Program-made: the position numbers and the translations under genes | NCBI GenBank assembly: GCA_009602725.1 | Contig: WELB01000002.1 | Coordinates: forward strand, 132,021 to 196,020 | DNA from: Spirogloea muscicola | Lineage: Eukaryota | Direction: 5' to 3' | DNA: 64,000 nucleotides | Notes under the pieces: model-generated | What the model was told of the DNA's origin: nothing | The model's database searches: none | Seen by the model: the letters and a program-made list of their open reading frames with translations, nothing else | Shown here: positions 60,906-64,000 of the stretch, piece after piece | Layout: every line of letters begins with the position of its first letter | How positions within the stretch are numbered: position 1 is the stretch's first letter

Positions 60906-63900
60906 TCAAGTAGTGGCCACGAGTTTGTTAGGAAGGGTCGACCCAGCACCAAATGCTCGCAAATTTTGGAGCATTTCAACTACGTCAGCCATCGTTGGCC
61001 TTTGACTTGGAGTATAGGAGCAGCAAAACAGCCCTGCCTTCAGGGCTCCATTGAGCTCGTCCACTTTCTGGGGGGCGAATGGGGCCAGCGCCATATCTAC
61101 GCACTCCAAAGGATTCTTATTGCGAAGGCAAGATCGCACCCAGCTAGTTAAATTGCCCCCAGTTGCAGTTTCAGTCTGAAAGAAAGGGTCAACGGGCCGC
61201 TTGCCAGTGACAGTCTCCAAAAGCATGATTCCAAAGCTGAAAACATCGCTACGCTCATTCAGTTGACCGAGCTCAGCATAGTCTGGCGCTAGGTAGCCAA
61301 TTGTGCCTGCGGGTTTGCAGCAATGTAACGCTGATAGGATGAGTAGCAATATGGATGACTCCTCAGTACTGCAAGGCGATGATAATTAGATTTCTAGATA
61401 CAGCATACATCAGCAGATCAAGTGAGCAGCTCATGCCTCTTGCTTGCGTGATGCCAGGAGGAGGCCTATAACACAGCACAAGCATAGTGCTCAATTCATC
61501 ACCTGCGGCCATGGTTGACAAGTGCGTATCATGTGCCTGCAGAATCCGTGCAAGCCCAAAATCCGCCACAATACCTTGACCGTGCTCATCCAACAAGATG
61601 TTGCTTGGCTTGACGTCCCTATGCACCACTCGAGGGTTGCATTCATGATGCAGGTACTTGAGGCCAAGTGCCGCACCCAGCATGACATTCATCCGTGCAG
61701 ACCAGTGATCAAAGCCCTCTGGTTTTAAGGGCATAGCCTTTCCCTCGTGCACCAGTTGTTCAAGGTTCCCGCCAGGCAAGAAAGGATAGATGAGCAGCAT
61801 GTCCACGTGGCTGTCCTTGGGGACGTACCAGCCCCGAAGCGGGACCAGGTTCCGATGGTTGATGCGACTCAGTATTTCCACCTCAGCTTGTACCTCTCTC
61901 ATTCCTTGCTTGCTGTCTGGCGCTAACCTCTTCACTGCATACATTTGGCCGTCCTTCATCTGCGCACTGCTCAGCTCACCTTGATCTCTTAGAATGGACC
62001 AACCTCAGAGCATGAAACGACCAAGACACAAGAAACAAGGGGAAAAACAGCTGCAAGCAAGGCGGGCATGATGGTACAGGTTGAGAAGCAGGTATGCTAC
62101 CCTCACGTACGTACCCATAGACTTTGCCGAAACCCCCTGTACCAATTATGTGATTGTCATTGAAGTTATCAGTTGCAGCCATGAGCTCCTCAAATGTGAA
62201 GGGACCGTGGAGTCTATCCTTAGTGCTGGACATCTCAGAGCAGAAGCTCTCAATGCTCCGCTCCTTGTCAGTCATAGTCTTGTCCTTCCTAAGAGCTAAG
62301 CAACAGAGCAGGAGAAAGCCCAACAACAGGAGGAGAAGGAGGGCAACAGCCCCAATGACAATGCCGGCAATCGCTCCCCCTGATAAGCTCGACGACTTGT
62401 GCTTTGCAGGTGGTGGGGAGGGAGGAAGAGAGCGAGGTGGGGGAGCTGTCTTGCAGGCCAGATAAGGGCCGCCACATAAGGCTGCATTTCCAGAAAAGGA
62501 GCTGCTGTTGTATTGACCGATAGAACCGCCAGGAATGGACCCACTGAGGTTGTTGTTGGAGACATTGAAGAAAAGAGTGAGATTCAAGTTGGCAAAGGAC
62601 GCCGGGATGCTGCCATTGAGTCTATTGCTCGAAAGGTCGAGATAGGTCAGCGCCGTTAGATTGCCAATGCCATCTGGAATAGGCCCGCTGAACGAGTTGT
62701 TTGCAGCCGAAAAGGCAACGAGCTTGCTCAAATCTCCAATCTCAGAGGGGAGGCTGCCCGTTAGGTGGTTGCTGGAGATGTCAAAATACTGAACATTCTG
62801 CAGATTCCGGATGCTTGCAGGTACTCCTCCAGTAAAGTTGTTATGATTAAGGAAGATAGTCAATGCGCTGCTCAGGTTGCCAAGCCACTCTGGAAATGGA
62901 CCAGAAAATTCGTTGCTTTCAATTATTAGCACTTGCAGATTCTCAAAGTTGGAGAAGGTTGACGGAATTGGGCCAGAAAGGTTGTTGCCAGCAAACCAGA
63001 GCTGGGTCAGCAGCACAAGTCTCCCCAACTCGGACGGCAGCTGGCCACTTAACCTGCCAAAATCAGCCGTGTGAGCTGCAAACTGTCAGTGGGCTGCAGC
63101 TTGTCCGCAAACCATGTGTCTCCAGGCAAGGGATGGGGGATGGCTACACCACAGGGATGGCTGCAATCACATTTCAGCACCTGTTGAGGCTCAGGTCCAG
63201 GTTGATCATTCCCCTGCAATCAGCAAGCTCTGGTGGCACTCCACCCTCCAAGCTGACACCAAGTGAGCATTTCAGCGGGGTCAACAAGGACCTATCAAGT
63301 CGAACTAACATGGAGTGCAGACAGAAAAGCAGGGATACTATCAATGGCCTGCCACTCCAGGTTTGACGGCAATTCACAGAAAAGAAAACATGGACATCTG
63401 CAGTCACACATTGTAAATCCTTGGGCCCGGGACCTTTCGTCTCTATTACCTGTTGTTTCTTGCAACAAAATTGAACAGATTAGGCAGCTCCCCAAGCTCT
63501 CGCGGTATTTCGCCAACCAAGCTGCAGATGCAAATGCAGAGTGCCACCTCATTGGGCATAAGTCCTTGAGAAATATCTTGGCTACGATGCAGACCAGGAA
63601 AGAGTCCTAGACGGCCTAAGTAAGAGCTTCTATGAAGCTACTTGAAGATGCTTTGATTTTGGAAGATGGAATCATGCTGACCAGTAAAATAACAGACATG
63701 GGCAGCAGGGAAGATCCTCACAAGTTGGAACTCAGGCTCAGGAACTGGAGCTTTTTGCACTTGCTTAAGTGCTTTGGAATTGGGCCAGATAGACTGTGAG
63801 CGAAGGGGCAAAGTTTGTAAGAAATAAAGCACCAACATTGTAGTGGCTGCTAGAATGCTGATGTATTCTCAAATTACTCAGGGAACCATGATCAGTCAAA

Positions 63901-64000
63901 TCCAAGGTCCAGTACTTCTACAAGCGAGTCAGGGGGAGAGCCCACTTGTTGACTTGCAAGAAGAGACGTGTCAAGTTGGCCAAGTCGCCATACGAGGGAG
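60906..64000 (-). CDS. LRR receptor-like Ser/Thr kinase, 5' end beyond the window. Exons >64000-63946, 63793-63722, 63521-63450, 63252-63181, 63053-62115, 61966-61503, 61306-60906
   Basis: Plant LxxLxLxxNxLSGxIP repeats; TM GAIAGIVIGAVALLLLLLLGF; GTGGFGKVY, AVKRL, HRDVKPSN, DFGLA, GTIGYLAPDY, SDVFSFG; all inferred introns are GT-AG and keep the frame. Confidence 0.93.

Overview
Eukaryotic, GC-rich window, most likely from a streptophyte green alga. A Klebsormidium-like host is inferred from the element types and the intron-rich receptor kinase, not proven. About 60 kb is a deeply nested retrotransposon pile: (i) at least six LTR families, most from Ty3/Gypsy chromoviruses, including one near-complete young copy (1-6732), two complete non-autonomous copies with 5-bp TSDs and many solo LTRs; (ii) several CRE-like non-LTR retrotransposons (RT plus restriction-like endonuclease) and very short 3'-end copies; (iii) a relic Ty3/Gypsy carrying a C5 DNA methyltransferase. 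The last 3 kb hold the 3' part of a multi-exon LRR receptor-like kinase gene on the minus strand. The most unusual observations are: an extra domain between Gag and protease that resembles a catalytically degenerate N6-adenine methyltransferase and is bracketed by candidate in-frame splice sites; an integrated element whose 5' LTR is replaced by a 47-bp inverted copy of its own U5 end, with a perfect TSD; and a circularly permuted one-LTR element that looks like a re-integrated DNA circle. All alignments and coordinates were read by eye.
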